Source: a virus (taxonomy: Duplodnaviria; Caudoviricetes). From it: DNA of 64,000 bases. A program made the translations under genes and the position numbers. Below the pieces are notes generated by a model. It did no database searches, had not been told where the DNA came from, and saw only the letters and a list, made by a program, of their open reading frames with translations. The stretch is taken from IMG/VR virus record IMGVR_UViG_3300028805_003982; one strand, 5' to 3'. Each line of letters starts with the position of its first letter. The stretch's first letter is position 1. Shown one piece after another: positions 1 to 9,164 of this stretch.

Positions 1-250
1 CATAATTATGAGTCATTACCCCATTTTGGCTTATAAGCATGACATAGATCCCAATACTTTGATGCTTCACGGCCACGTTCACAATACCGATGAGTTTCAG
101 GCGGTTAAAGAGGCCGTAAAAACGATGAAGGAGTGCTGCGAGGTAAAGGGGTATCAGTATAGGGGCAGACTCTATAACTGCTGGTGCGGTTTTTACGGTT
201 GGGCTCCGACAACCTTGAACGGGATATTAACCAATAAGCTTAACCACTAA
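1..250 (+). CDS. Calcineurin-like metallophosphoesterase, C-terminal part (5' end probably outside window)
   Basis: SHYP...LHGHVH motifs; resembles the C-terminal half of 34196..34786. Confidence 0.7.
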   Translation, partial: IIMSHYPILAYKHDIDPNTLMLHGHVHNTDEFQAVKEAVKTMKECCEVKGYQYRGRLYNCWCGFYGWAPTTLNGILTNKLNH

Positions 251-260
251 GGATAAGGAA

Positions 261-482
261 GTGACTTCTATGAAAAACAGAGTATACATAGTTGTAAAAC
301 ATTCCCCTGTTACATCGCGTGCCGGTGAAACTTTGTATGCTTCGGAAAACATAGGAGTCTTTGCCAAGAAAGCTGCTGCCGAGACATACCTAAACGAGGA
401 GTCTAAAAAGATAAGAGAATCCAATTCTTCAGGTCGCAGGGGTTCCTTTTTAATGGTCGAAACTTGGGAAAATATAGGGTAA
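261..482 (+). CDS. Hypothetical protein
   Basis: ORF with AAGGA RBS. Confidence 0.55.
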   Translation: MTSMKNRVYIVVKHSPVTSRAGETLYASENIGVFAKKAAAETYLNEESKKIRESNSSGRRGSFLMVETWENIG

Positions 483-501
483 GTTTTGAAAAGAGTTTGC
501 C

Positions 502-547
502 AAACTAGGGTATTACTCCATGTTTACCAACGGTCATATGTTAGAAT
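502..547 (+). promoter_or_regulatory. Conserved box promoter copy 1 (AAAC-tag-GGTA-tt-AC, 22 bp, TGtTAGAAT)
   Basis: One of six equally spaced copies; about 90 bp of near-identity with 11309-11400. Confidence 0.75.
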
Positions 548-583
548 TAGGTCAGGATACGAATCGCAGAAAGGGAAAAAATA

Positions 584-856
584 ATGACTAATAATGAAGA
601 GGCTGTTGAGAGGCTAGAATATATCAAAACACATGATACAGACCCCGAGGATTACGAGGTGTTTGACCTTGCTATCAAAGCGCTTGAAACACAACTGACA
701 TGCGAATGGATATACCACGAAGAGTGGGAAAACGAAGGCGGCTGTGGTTATGAGTGTCCCCGTTGTGGTCGCGCGTATGACTATGATATGAACTTTTGTG
801 GCTACTGTGGTACAAGAATGACGGGTGTGAAGAATGAAAGCGAAGAAGCGTGTTAG
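584..856 (+). CDS. Phage-like small protein with C-terminal Zn ribbon
   Basis: ECPRCG...NFCGYCG. Confidence 0.7.
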   Translation: MTNNEEAVERLEYIKTHDTDPEDYEVFDLAIKALETQLTCEWIYHEEWENEGGCGYECPRCGRAYDYDMNFCGYCGTRMTGVKNESEEAC

Positions 857-1014
857 AGATGGAATGGTGCATATTCCTTTATGTGTGGTAAATTGTGGAA
901 CGATTTGTGAAGAGATGATACCAGGCGGGCATTGTATTTATTCAGAGTTTTGCCCTATTGCAGAGAATAACACAACTTCAAGATTGATAGTTAAGATTAC
1001 AAAGGAGAATTGAT

Positions 1015-1314
1015 GTGCAGATAGTAATTGATATACCTGAAGATAGATACAGACAGATAAAAGACATGCCTAATGCTTTTGGTTCTGATATTTGTAAGGC
1101 AATTAGAAACGGCATACCTTTGCCCAAAGGACACGGAAAATTGGTCGACGAAAAGGAAGCAATGGGTCTTATTGCTGAAGGAAAAAACGGCAAAGCATAT
1201 TTTGGGACAGTAAATAAGGACTGGGAAGTTATAGACTTTCTCAAAACAATACCACCAATCATAGAGGCAGATGAGGAGACAGAGAATGAGCACAGTAGAT
1301 ATTCCGATATATGA
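1015..1314 (+). CDS. Modular phage-like hypothetical, paralog 1 (IVIDIPE / PLPKGHG / PIIEAD)
   Basis: Three conserved blocks shared with 2079, 2603 and 2952. Confidence 0.8.
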   Translation: MQIVIDIPEDRYRQIKDMPNAFGSDICKAIRNGIPLPKGHGKLVDEKEAMGLIAEGKNGKAYFGTVNKDWEVIDFLKTIPPIIEADEETENEHSRYSDI

Positions 1315-1462
1315 GAGACCTATAGATGAGTGGTTAATGGCAGTTATTGAGGAGCTTGAAAGTCGCAAGAGCTATGGCATAGAGTATGCACAAGCTATGG
1401 AAGATGTTATTGCTATCTTAACGGCAAGGTTAAATGCAGATAAGGAGGCAGAGAATGAGTAA
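1286..1462 (+). CDS. Small hypothetical protein
   Basis: ATG after GAGGAG; ends ADKEAENE. Confidence 0.6.
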   Translation: MSTVDIPIYERPIDEWLMAVIEELESRKSYGIEYAQAMEDVIAILTARLNADKEAENE

Positions 1463-1652
1463 GATAAGAGTTACTAATCCTTATTTTGAAAAAGAATATA
1501 AAGTTGTAGAGGGGTTTGGTGATATTGAATACAATCTTCACAACATCAAACAAGGCTTGGGAGAATTTCTTCTTCTCCATACAACAGATGGAGAAACGAT
1601 TACTATAAATCCTTCGAATTATGCAAGTGTCGAGATCGCAGCAGATAAGTGA
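1455..1652 (+). CDS. Small hypothetical protein
   Basis: ATG after AAGGAGG; ends AADK. Confidence 0.65.
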   Translation: MSKIRVTNPYFEKEYKVVEGFGDIEYNLHNIKQGLGEFLLLHTTDGETITINPSNYASVEIAADK

Positions 1653-1663
1653 GGTAGATTGAT

Positions 1664-1891
1664 ATGACATACACAAACGCACAGTACAAGAGAGCATTTG
1701 AAATTGCTTGTGATTTGCTTAATGGCAGTAATCTTTATGGCATAGATACCGATAATTTATTTGCTTTAATTATGCAGGAATACGGTATAGTTTCTACTCT
1801 TGAGTATCAGAAATTCATTTTGGAACATCTTGATAGGTTTAGTGATGATGACGAAATCAGATTAAAAGCCGTTGAGAGATTAGGCTGGTGA
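1664..1891 (+). CDS. Small hypothetical protein
   Basis: GAGGT RBS. Confidence 0.65.
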   Translation: MTYTNAQYKRAFEIACDLLNGSNLYGIDTDNLFALIMQEYGIVSTLEYQKFILEHLDRFSDDDEIRLKAVERLGW

Positions 1892-2078
1892 GGTAGATTG
1901 ATTTGAAGCATAAGAAACCTAAGTGGACAATCAAGCGTATTAAGAACCGCATTATTCATTTAATGCAGAAGCAATATGTTGCTAACCATATTTGGTGTTA
2001 TGGGTGCAAATATTTGCATAATCATACCTGTGAAGAGCTTGACCCCCTTAAAAGTAAATGTAAGTGAGGAGAATTGAT

Positions 2079-2366
2079 ATGCAGATAGTAATTGATATGC
2101 CAGATGACCTGAAAGATAAGATTTGTAATTCAACTGAAGAGTGGGCAGCTCGTTATGTAGCTGGATGGGATATGGAAATTGCAAGGATCGTTAGAAACGG
2201 TACACCACTTCCTAAAGGACATGGAAGATTAAAAGATGTTGATTGGATTGATGATAATTGCGAGGTCCATTATTCGGATAAAGACGGAAGTTGGTGTTAT
2301 GCGTGGAGAGACATTGATAATGCTCAAACAATCATAGAGGCAGATAAGGAGGCAGAGAGTGAGTAA
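2079..2366 (+). CDS. Modular phage-like hypothetical, paralog 2
   Basis: MQIVIDMPD...NGTPLPKGHGRL...TIIEADKE. Confidence 0.8.
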   Translation: MQIVIDMPDDLKDKICNSTEEWAARYVAGWDMEIARIVRNGTPLPKGHGRLKDVDWIDDNCEVHYSDKDGSWCYAWRDIDNAQTIIEADKEAESE

Positions 2367-2589
2367 GTTACGCATAAAGGTCTCCAAAGACAATGCCCCT
2401 TTCATTATCTATAATCATTTATTTGTAAAAGAAGAACGATTCACAATTGATGAATTACAAGCCGAACTTTTAGAGCAATATGGTTTAGATGTGGATAAGA
2501 ATTTCATTAAATCTGAAATCGAGGAATATTTAAATTGGGGGTTAGTAGTGCATAGTTTGGATAAATATAAATCGCGTATGAAAGATTAA
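2359..2589 (+). CDS. Small hypothetical protein, possible winged helix
   Basis: GTG after AAGGAGG, overlapping the upstream stop. Confidence 0.6.
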   Translation: MSKLRIKVSKDNAPFIIYNHLFVKEERFTIDELQAELLEQYGLDVDKNFIKSEIEEYLNWGLVVHSLDKYKSRMKD

Positions 2590-2602
2590 GAGGAGTATTG
2601 AT

Positions 2603-2938
2603 ATGAAGATATTAATTGATGTACCTGAAGAGTATCTTGATAGCGAAGTTATACACATTACTGCGGTCACGGGTGTGAATAACAAGATTACAGACGTTAA
2701 TGTTGAAAGTGCGTATGCAGAGTTTCAAGTTCTTCCTAAAGGGTACGGAGATTTGATTGATAAGTCAAAAATATACAAAGCCATTCCTGCGGAAGAAGAT
2801 AACAGTACCGGTATGGGAATGACGCGTGAAGAGATGGACGCTTATAACGAGGGTATTGATGCTATGTATTCACGCGTTCAAGACGCACAACCAATCATAG
2901 AAGCAGATAAGGAGCATCAATATCCTTACAATCTATAA
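2603..2938 (+). CDS. Modular phage-like hypothetical, paralog 3
   Basis: MKILIDVPE...LPKGYGDLID...PIIEADKEHQYPYNL. Confidence 0.8.
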   Translation: MKILIDVPEEYLDSEVIHITAVTGVNNKITDVNVESAYAEFQVLPKGYGDLIDKSKIYKAIPAEEDNSTGMGMTREEMDAYNEGIDAMYSRVQDAQPIIEADKEHQYPYNL

Positions 2939-3243
2939 GGAGGGACAAGATATGGAGATAGTAATTGATATACCAGAAGGAATGTATGAGGCATATAAAG
3001 GCAGACCGCCGATGTTTGGCGATGAGGGCTTGGATAGTATCTGCCAAGCAATAGCAAACGGCACACCGCTTCCGAAAGGACACGGAAAATTGATTGATGC
3101 TGATGATTTAGACATAACAACAATCACAACAGATGATTATAACGGAAATGAAGTGTTAGAAGTTGTGTTAAAAGAAGACATTGATAATGCACAACCTATC
3201 ATAGAAGCAGATAAGGAGCATCAATATCCTTACGATCTATAAG
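2885..3243 (+). repeat. 55-bp direct repeat (2885-2939 and 3189-3243, 2 mismatches) at the 3' ends of paralogs 3 and 4
   Basis: gcacaaccWatcatagaagcagataaggagcatcaatatccttacRatctataag. Confidence 0.95.
2952..3242 (+). CDS. Modular phage-like hypothetical, paralog 4
   Basis: MEIVIDIPE...NGTPLPKGHGKLIDAD...PIIEADKEHQYPYDL. Confidence 0.8.
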   Translation: MEIVIDIPEGMYEAYKGRPPMFGDEGLDSICQAIANGTPLPKGHGKLIDADDLDITTITTDDYNGNEVLEVVLKEDIDNAQPIIEADKEHQYPYDL

Positions 3244-3255
3244 AAGAGGCAAAAT

Positions 3256-3534
3256 ATGAAGGCAGTGGTTACCGTAGATGTAGATCTGAAACATGCCAGA
3301 ATTGCACTTGGCATTGCAGGATATGACGTGGAACATAAGACGGATCAGGAGATCTTAGAGATGGCCGTTCGTATGAATGACTGCTACGCGGTCAATACGT
3401 TAGAGATAAACACAGAACTTGAGCCTGTCTTCCCTAAAGTCGACAGCCATGCGGAGTATTGGGATAACATTGGTAGTGCTGATATTAGCGGAGCAAAAAT
3501 GGAGAATGGGGGAAAAGATAAACATGAACTCTAA
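3256..3534 (+). CDS. Hypothetical protein
   Basis: GAGG RBS, co-directional. Confidence 0.6.
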   Translation: MKAVVTVDVDLKHARIALGIAGYDVEHKTDQEILEMAVRMNDCYAVNTLEINTELEPVFPKVDSHAEYWDNIGSADISGAKMENGGKDKHEL

Positions 3535-3877
3535 GATCGGATATCTATCCCCTACCGGGGAATTACACGAATGTGCACCATACGATCATCTTTCCCTTGC
3601 AAGAGACATGATCGATGATATGGTTAATGCCGGAATCAACGTCCCTGCCCAAGCCAAGGTAAATACTGTCGAAGCAGAGGGATATCTACTATCTTTAGGG
3701 TATATCGCTATCAGGTCACACGACTGCTATGGTCATATCGGATACTTTGTAGAAGATAACAGCGGTCGAAGGATACATATGACAGACGAACAAAAGAAAT
3801 GGCTGTTGGATAATTACGGTAATTTTGGCGCTGAGAAGCAAAAATGTGTAGATCGATTATTTGATTGGGATATGTAA
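3524..3877 (+). CDS. Hypothetical phage-like protein
   Basis: GYLSPTG...H motif; overlaps the upstream stop. Confidence 0.65.
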   Translation: MNSKIGYLSPTGELHECAPYDHLSLARDMIDDMVNAGINVPAQAKVNTVEAEGYLLSLGYIAIRSHDCYGHIGYFVEDNSGRRIHMTDEQKKWLLDNYGNFGAEKQKCVDRLFDWDM

Positions 3878-3916
3878 TGTCATAAATCTATTTGATGACT
3901 GATAAGGAGAGAATGA

Positions 3917-4273
3917 ATGAACACGCATGAATTGAAGATATTACCGAGATGGTTTGAGGATGTATTGACCGGCAAGAAGAATTTTGAGATCCGCAGAAAT
4001 GACCGAGATTTTAGAGTGGGCGATTATCTCCTGCTTAAGGAATACGAGCCAGCAATTGCGAAGTTTAGTGGCAGAGAGATTATGAAGCGGATTCAGTATA
4101 TCTACGAAGGTGATGGGGCTTACGGTTTGTCGGAAGGGTTCTGTGTTCTCGGATTGGAGGCTTATAAATGTTGCCCAAAGAATTGCAGAGAATGTCCTTA
4201 TAAGACTTTTGATAGTGATAGCAGTCAGGAATTTATCTGTGATTTGTATGGTCATCCTATATATCCTGTATGA
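3917..4273 (+). CDS. DUF3850 / ASCH-PUA-like protein with Cys-rich tail
   Basis: HELKI.P.WF..V..G.K.FEIR.NDRDF.VGD signature. Confidence 0.85.
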   Translation: MNTHELKILPRWFEDVLTGKKNFEIRRNDRDFRVGDYLLLKEYEPAIAKFSGREIMKRIQYIYEGDGAYGLSEGFCVLGLEAYKCCPKNCRECPYKTFDSDSSQEFICDLYGHPIYPV

Positions 4274-4286
4274 AAGGCGGTGCGGA

Positions 4287-4559
4287 ATGAATTTTATTGA
4301 TTTTCTTTCACAAAGATTTGAAACAGAGCTTGAAGGGCCGCTGCAATTTGGTGATGAAGTTATAGATGAATACGGTATCAAAGCCGTAGTGGTTCGAGAT
4401 CCCTATCCGCTCGGTTCTGATAAGGAGCTTTTTACCTTAATCTATTATGGAAGGATTTTGTCTTCGACATGCGTCAGAAATCTTAAAAAGACCGGGAAAA
4501 GTTATGCTAAAGAACTTAATACAATTTTTAACGGATTGAAGGAAGGCGGTGTGGAATGA
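4287..4559 (+). CDS. Hypothetical protein
   Basis: ATG after AAGGCGGTG. Confidence 0.6.
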   Translation: MNFIDFLSQRFETELEGPLQFGDEVIDEYGIKAVVVRDPYPLGSDKELFTLIYYGRILSSTCVRNLKKTGKSYAKELNTIFNGLKEGGVE

Positions 4560-4771
4560 AATGTCCTAAATGCGGTGCTGATATGGTTTGGATGGGTAAT
4601 GTCCAAATCTTGATTAAAGATACAGATAAATACCTTCATCGATTATCCAAGAAAGCATTTCGTAGTAAAGATATTCAATTGTTGGGAGTTGATTGGAGCA
4701 AAGGCGATTTATATTGTCCTAACTATTTACAGTGTGGAAATCATCCAATATTGAAAGGCGATGCGAAATGA
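4556..4771 (+). CDS. Small Zn-finger-like protein
   Basis: MKCPKCG...CPNYLQC; ATGA overlap. Confidence 0.65.
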   Translation: MKCPKCGADMVWMGNVQILIKDTDKYLHRLSKKAFRSKDIQLLGVDWSKGDLYCPNYLQCGNHPILKGDAK

Positions 4772-4941
4772 CTAACGCAGAAAAGTATGAAGAAGTTTTT
4801 GGATTTAAGCCAGCATATGTTTGTCCAACTTGTACTTGTTCAAATTGTCCTATCGGCTTAATTACTTGTCAGATGAATAAGTATGCGTTGATACCAATAG
4901 CGAAGTGGTGGAATGAAGAATATAAAGGTGGTGCAAAATGA
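4768..4941 (+). CDS. Small Cys-rich phage-like protein
   Basis: MTNAEKYEEVFG..CPTCTCSNCP..WWNEEYK; ATGA overlap. Confidence 0.65.
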   Translation: MTNAEKYEEVFGFKPAYVCPTCTCSNCPIGLITCQMNKYALIPIAKWWNEEYKGGAK

Positions 4942-5072
4942 AAGGCGGTGTGGTTGCAAATGCTACATGTTGGGAGTGCAGTTCACGCGGAATGGTTTCT
5001 TGTAAAACAAGTTTAGTCAAGAAAGTTGACTTTTAGTCAAGGAATTAGTCAAGGAAAAAGAGGCAGAGAGAT

Positions 5073-5657
5073 ATGAAACGGAAAGAAACAACGAAACCGT
5101 TGACGGAAATCCTGATACAAGACAGGCTTTCTGATCGCAAATACTATGCCAAAGAAGTTACACTGGATTATGGAACGAATCACGCAAAGCGGATAGATGT
5201 AATGCAATTTGTACCGGCCGGCGTGGTGCACACTTCTGATATTGAAAAGGGTATTTTCATCTGCTATGAAGTCAAGTCCTGCCGAGAGGATGTTTATTCC
5301 GGTAACGGACTTAATTTCTTCGGCGAGAAAAATTATATCGTGACCACGATGGAGACTTATAAAAGGCTCCAGGATGATTATCGAGAAGGAGTTCTTGACA
5401 GGTATATTGAGGAAAATTACCCCGAATCGTCTCCGTGCTATGGTTTCATGGTACCGGTGCCTGCACATCTTGATCTGCGCGACGCGAATGCCGTATATGA
5501 AGAATTCCAAAATCCTACTGCGTTTACGGGACCGGCAAAAGACTGGAAGCTTTGGATGGCAATCCCTTGCAGGGAGCATGGGCGGAGCAGGTCTACCGTG
5601 GAACTTCTGTTCTGTATGCTGCGGAGCAAACATTCTGATACAAATCAGAGCGCTTGA
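5073..5657 (+). CDS. Putative PD-(D/E)xK nuclease-fold protein (MmcB-like)
   Basis: EVTL...RIDVM...CYEVKS..D..SG. Confidence 0.6.
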   Translation: MKRKETTKPLTEILIQDRLSDRKYYAKEVTLDYGTNHAKRIDVMQFVPAGVVHTSDIEKGIFICYEVKSCREDVYSGNGLNFFGEKNYIVTTMETYKRLQDDYREGVLDRYIEENYPESSPCYGFMVPVPAHLDLRDANAVYEEFQNPTAFTGPAKDWKLWMAIPCREHGRSRSTVELLFCMLRSKHSDTNQSA

Positions 5658-5703
5658 TAGGAGGGCGATATGGATTGTCCTTATTATGAAAAGGAGAAGA
5701 AAA

Positions 5704-5946
5704 ATGACACTTGAAGAAAAAATCAAGCTTTGTGAAGAAAAGGCTAAAGAACAAAGGTCTAAAGCGGTAGGCTATTTTAATGGCAGTTATAGTTCACAGA
5801 TAGAGGGTAAAGCTTGTCTTAAATGTGCAGACGAACACGAACAGCTGGCTGCGTGGCTTACGCAATTAAAAAGATTAAAGGAAGCCTATGAATCTGACTA
5901 TCAGATAGATGACTTGATACAGGTTTGTTTAGATATTTGGGGGTGA
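5704..5946 (+). CDS. Hypothetical phage protein
   Basis: MTLEE.I...C..EHEQLA.WL..LK; AAGGAG RBS. Confidence 0.65.
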   Translation: MTLEEKIKLCEEKAKEQRSKAVGYFNGSYSSQIEGKACLKCADEHEQLAAWLTQLKRLKEAYESDYQIDDLIQVCLDIWG

Positions 5947-6229
5947 GGAAGAATGACCTTTTACTGCGAAGATTGCAAATTTATTGACGAGTGTAAACCT
6001 CATAAAGATAATCCACAATCCATTGGTTGTTGTGATTTTGGATTGTTTGATGATGAGGGTTTAATTGAGGATTGGGATATAGAAAGGAGCGATGAAAAAT
6101 GATGGACATCGAAGCTAAAGCAAGGTGGATATGCTGTCCTATGTGCGACAGAGATACTTGCAACAGGAATGCCAACGATTGCGATGTGAAGATATGGCTT
6201 GAAAAACATAAGGAAGAGAGTGATGAATA

Positions 6230-6451
6230 ATGGCGATTACGGTTTTACAATGTTTTGAATATCAACTTGAATGCGATGTTTGTGGTGATTGGGAAGTTTT
6301 GCATACAGGTGATGGCGTAAGGTCGGGCGAATATGTTCACGACATTGAGAGTGCAAGAAGGTGTTGCAATTATCACACTAGTAAGGGTTTAGTTCTTTGT
6401 GACAAGTGTTTTAAGGAAAGAAAGGCGGTGCGGAATGAAGCTGATGATTGA
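6230..6451 (+). CDS. Small Zn-binding protein
   Basis: CDVCG...LCDKC. Confidence 0.6.
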   Translation: MAITVLQCFEYQLECDVCGDWEVLHTGDGVRSGEYVHDIESARRCCNYHTSKGLVLCDKCFKERKAVRNEADD

Positions 6452-6725
6452 TGTAGATGAAAAAGTATATCGCTTTACTAAAGCAAACCCTTCCTGGAAT
6501 GATGGAGTTAATGCAAAGCATATTCTTGATGCGGTCAGAAAAGGCAAGCCGCTTCCGGATATAGACGCATTGAAAAAGGCAATAAATGACGCTTATGAAG
6601 AATATGACGGCTATGACCCACACGACTTGAGTAGATTTGCTGAGCGGGTTGAAGATTTAATCGACAACGCCCTGACAGTAAATGAAGATAGGGATATAGG
6701 AAGGAGTGAGGGAGGATTCAGGTAA
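6435..6725 (+). CDS. Hypothetical, distant member of the IVID/PLP family
   Basis: MKLMIDVDE...AVRKGKPLP. Confidence 0.6.
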   Translation: MKLMIDVDEKVYRFTKANPSWNDGVNAKHILDAVRKGKPLPDIDALKKAINDAYEEYDGYDPHDLSRFAERVEDLIDNALTVNEDRDIGRSEGGFR

Positions 6726-6991
6726 TGAAAATAACAGATGATGATTTTGGAGCCCTTGCTGTATGCGCAATAAGGTATTGTCAGGGTAGAAAAACTTATA
6801 TGCCCGAGTTAGTCCGAGGAATAGTTCGAAAGCATATATCAGAAGTAACCGATAAGGACTTGCAAGTAATGATAAATGATTGCGAGTCTCAAGTAACCAT
6901 GCAACTTTGGGGCGATGAGCTGATTGATAAGCAAGGTTGGCTGGAGTGGAAAGACTTCTTGATAAAAGAGCAGAAAAGGAGAAAAGAATGA
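6725..6991 (+). CDS. Hypothetical phage protein
   Basis: CAIRYCQGR.TYMP motif. Confidence 0.7.
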   Translation: MKITDDDFGALAVCAIRYCQGRKTYMPELVRGIVRKHISEVTDKDLQVMINDCESQVTMQLWGDELIDKQGWLEWKDFLIKEQKRRKE

Positions 6992-7818
6992 GTAAAGCAG
7001 ATGTTTATTTTCAGAAAGATATAGAACACATCTTAAATGACGGGTTTTATGATGTTGATCCGAGACCTAAGTATGCAGACGGTACGCCGGCACATACGAT
7101 CAGCGTTAATCACAACGTTCGTCAATATGACATGTCCAAGAACGAATTCCCAATCTGTACGTTAAGGAAGATGCCCTGGAAGACGGCGATTCGTGAGATG
7201 TTTACAGTGTATCTCCGTCCTACCAACAACATCGCCGAGATGAAGGAAGATGGTGTTACGTGGTGGGACAGCTGGGATATCGGCGACGGCACCATCGGTC
7301 AGCGTTACGGTGCTACCGTTGCCAGATATCATCTTCTCGATAAGCTTGTTGAGGATATTAAAAACGACCCATATGGCAGGAGAAAGATAATGTCATTGTG
7401 GCAGGAAGCAGACCTTGCTGAGACTGCAGGTCTTGCACCTTGCGCATTCTGCACCATCTGGAACGTCAGAGGAGAATATCTTGATATGATGCTCATCCAG
7501 AGGTCCGGTGATATGTGTGTTGCTTCGGGTGCGGGGCATTCCAACGAGATTCAGTATGCTGCACTTCTTATGATGGTCGCTAATTCCACCGGTTATAAGC
7601 CGGGTGTGTTCACACATGTTGTTGCAAATGAACAGATCTATGACAGACATATCGATAATGCCAAGGAGCTGCTTAGCAGAACACCCTCCGAGAAGAATCC
7701 CGTATTAAGGATCAAAAAGGAGCCCGGCTGCGACATCCATTTATACACCATAGCTGATTTTGAACTTATTGATTATGAACCCAATACTGATCAGCTTAAG
7801 TTCGATCTCGGCATTTGA
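6988..7818 (+). CDS. thyA: Thymidylate synthase
   Basis: YGRR, LAPC (catalytic Cys), QRSGD...N..QY, QIYDRH; C-terminal FDLGI. Confidence 0.95.
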   Translation: MSKADVYFQKDIEHILNDGFYDVDPRPKYADGTPAHTISVNHNVRQYDMSKNEFPICTLRKMPWKTAIREMFTVYLRPTNNIAEMKEDGVTWWDSWDIGDGTIGQRYGATVARYHLLDKLVEDIKNDPYGRRKIMSLWQEADLAETAGLAPCAFCTIWNVRGEYLDMMLIQRSGDMCVASGAGHSNEIQYAALLMMVANSTGYKPGVFTHVVANEQIYDRHIDNAKELLSRTPSEKNPVLRIKKEPGCDIHLYTIADFELIDYEPNTDQLKFDLGI

Positions 7819-7831
7819 TCAGGAGGTTCTT

Positions 7832-8218
7832 ATGGGCACTATGATATATGGTGGAACTACTCTAAACGGTATTATCATCCAGGATGAACTGGATGATTCC
7901 TATTGTTATGATTACATTAACGAGCATGTGGAAAATTTCTTTGTGCGACTTGTACAAAGTTACGAGAATGGTTCTATGCAGACTGCGCATCCTGCGCTGG
8001 CTCTTTTTGCCAACGATGAACCTTTAATCCCTCTTTATGCAGAGGTTATTGCAGAGGATTGGGGTGACATCAGATCAACAGATATTTCGTTTAATGGAAA
8101 GTTTTACGATGCGCTTGCAGCCTTCTGGAAGAAGGTCATTGCTGATTTTAACAGCATTTATGTAACTGCTAAGGCTGAAGGGTTATTGCAGGTTCCGGAA
8201 GACAACAAAGATTTATAA
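7832..8218 (+). CDS. Hypothetical protein
   Basis: AGGAGG RBS. Confidence 0.65.
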   Translation: MGTMIYGGTTLNGIIIQDELDDSYCYDYINEHVENFFVRLVQSYENGSMQTAHPALALFANDEPLIPLYAEVIAEDWGDIRSTDISFNGKFYDALAAFWKKVIADFNSIYVTAKAEGLLQVPEDNKDL

Positions 8219-8233
8219 GAAAGGAAATCTGTT

Positions 8234-8728
8234 ATGGGTTTGGAAGGATTGTTTATAGGCATCATAGGTACGGCAGTATTAATCGCGGCTTCTTATTTTA
8301 TAGCAGTCCGCATTTCGCGTACATACCGGAATGCCAAGCTGAAAACGGTGATCTACGGTATAACCGTGCTCCTGGTAGCCGGCTGGTGGATCTGTCTTGC
8401 CTGGTGTCAGCAGGGTCTCTCATCCGGGGCGTCGGTCAAAAAGTTGCAAAACAGTGGCTTTACGCAGGGCGTTGAGAAAATAATTACCGTTTATGATACA
8501 GATGGAGACGTATTAGAACAGTACCGGGGTAAGTTTGATCTTGAATATGGTGACGAATGTATCACATTTAACGACATCGGAGGCAACAGGCACCTGATCA
8601 GCTATTCATCCGGAACAGTTACCGTACATGAGGTGTCCGGCAGCTCCGTGTTCCCTACTCCGACTCCGCAGCCGACGCCTGCTGCCGTTAACCCGAGCCC
8701 TACGATCGTCGCCGCCACGGATGAATAA
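8234..8728 (+). CDS. Membrane protein with two TM helices and a Pro/Thr tail
   Basis: Two hydrophobic N-terminal segments. Confidence 0.7.
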   Translation: MGLEGLFIGIIGTAVLIAASYFIAVRISRTYRNAKLKTVIYGITVLLVAGWWICLAWCQQGLSSGASVKKLQNSGFTQGVEKIITVYDTDGDVLEQYRGKFDLEYGDECITFNDIGGNRHLISYSSGTVTVHEVSGSSVFPTPTPQPTPAAVNPSPTIVAATDE

Positions 8729-8790
8729 ATGATAAGGAGTTTTCTGCGGGGCTAAGTTCAGAATACCCTAAGTGAATAAAGGAGGCGTTT

Positions 8791-9147
8791 ATGGACGGAT
8801 TAGACATCATCAAAGCCGATTATATCTATACCGGAGGCAACATATACCTTTTCTGGGGACAGTTATCCGATAACACATTCTTTTTGGCAGACGGTGATCT
8901 GTTCGACGTAACGATTGTTAATGCCGATCCGGATCTGTTTGATACAGCTGATGAGATCTGGCAGCCCGAGTGGCAGAAAGAGCATCTCGTGCGCTATGCC
9001 GATACTGAATCCGAAGGGCCTGCGTTTGTTATCCGGGTGATCGATTTTATCAAAGAACACAATAAAGACAAGCAGTATATAGACCCTTATCTGGATAATA
9101 TCCGGGACGATGCCGAGAACTACGTCGGTCATATAGGCTGGAGATAA
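8791..9147 (+). CDS. Hypothetical protein
   Basis: AGGAGG RBS; YTGGNIY motif. Confidence 0.7.
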   Translation: MDGLDIIKADYIYTGGNIYLFWGQLSDNTFFLADGDLFDVTIVNADPDLFDTADEIWQPEWQKEHLVRYADTESEGPAFVIRVIDFIKEHNKDKQYIDPYLDNIRDDAENYVGHIGWR

Positions 9148-9164
9148 ATAAGGAGGATCGTAAT

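Noticed and set aside
1015-3242. Diversity-generating retroelement explanation for the paralog repeats
   Set aside because: No reverse transcriptase in the window, and the variable segments are unrelated rather than adenine-specific variants
6988-7818. ThyA as a base-modifying hydroxymethylase because of its atypical ASGAGHSN and EQIY motifs
   Set aside because: The dUMP-specifying Asn appears retained and no modification cluster is adjacent; a divergent ordinary ThyA is more likely, though a phylogeny would be needed to settle it
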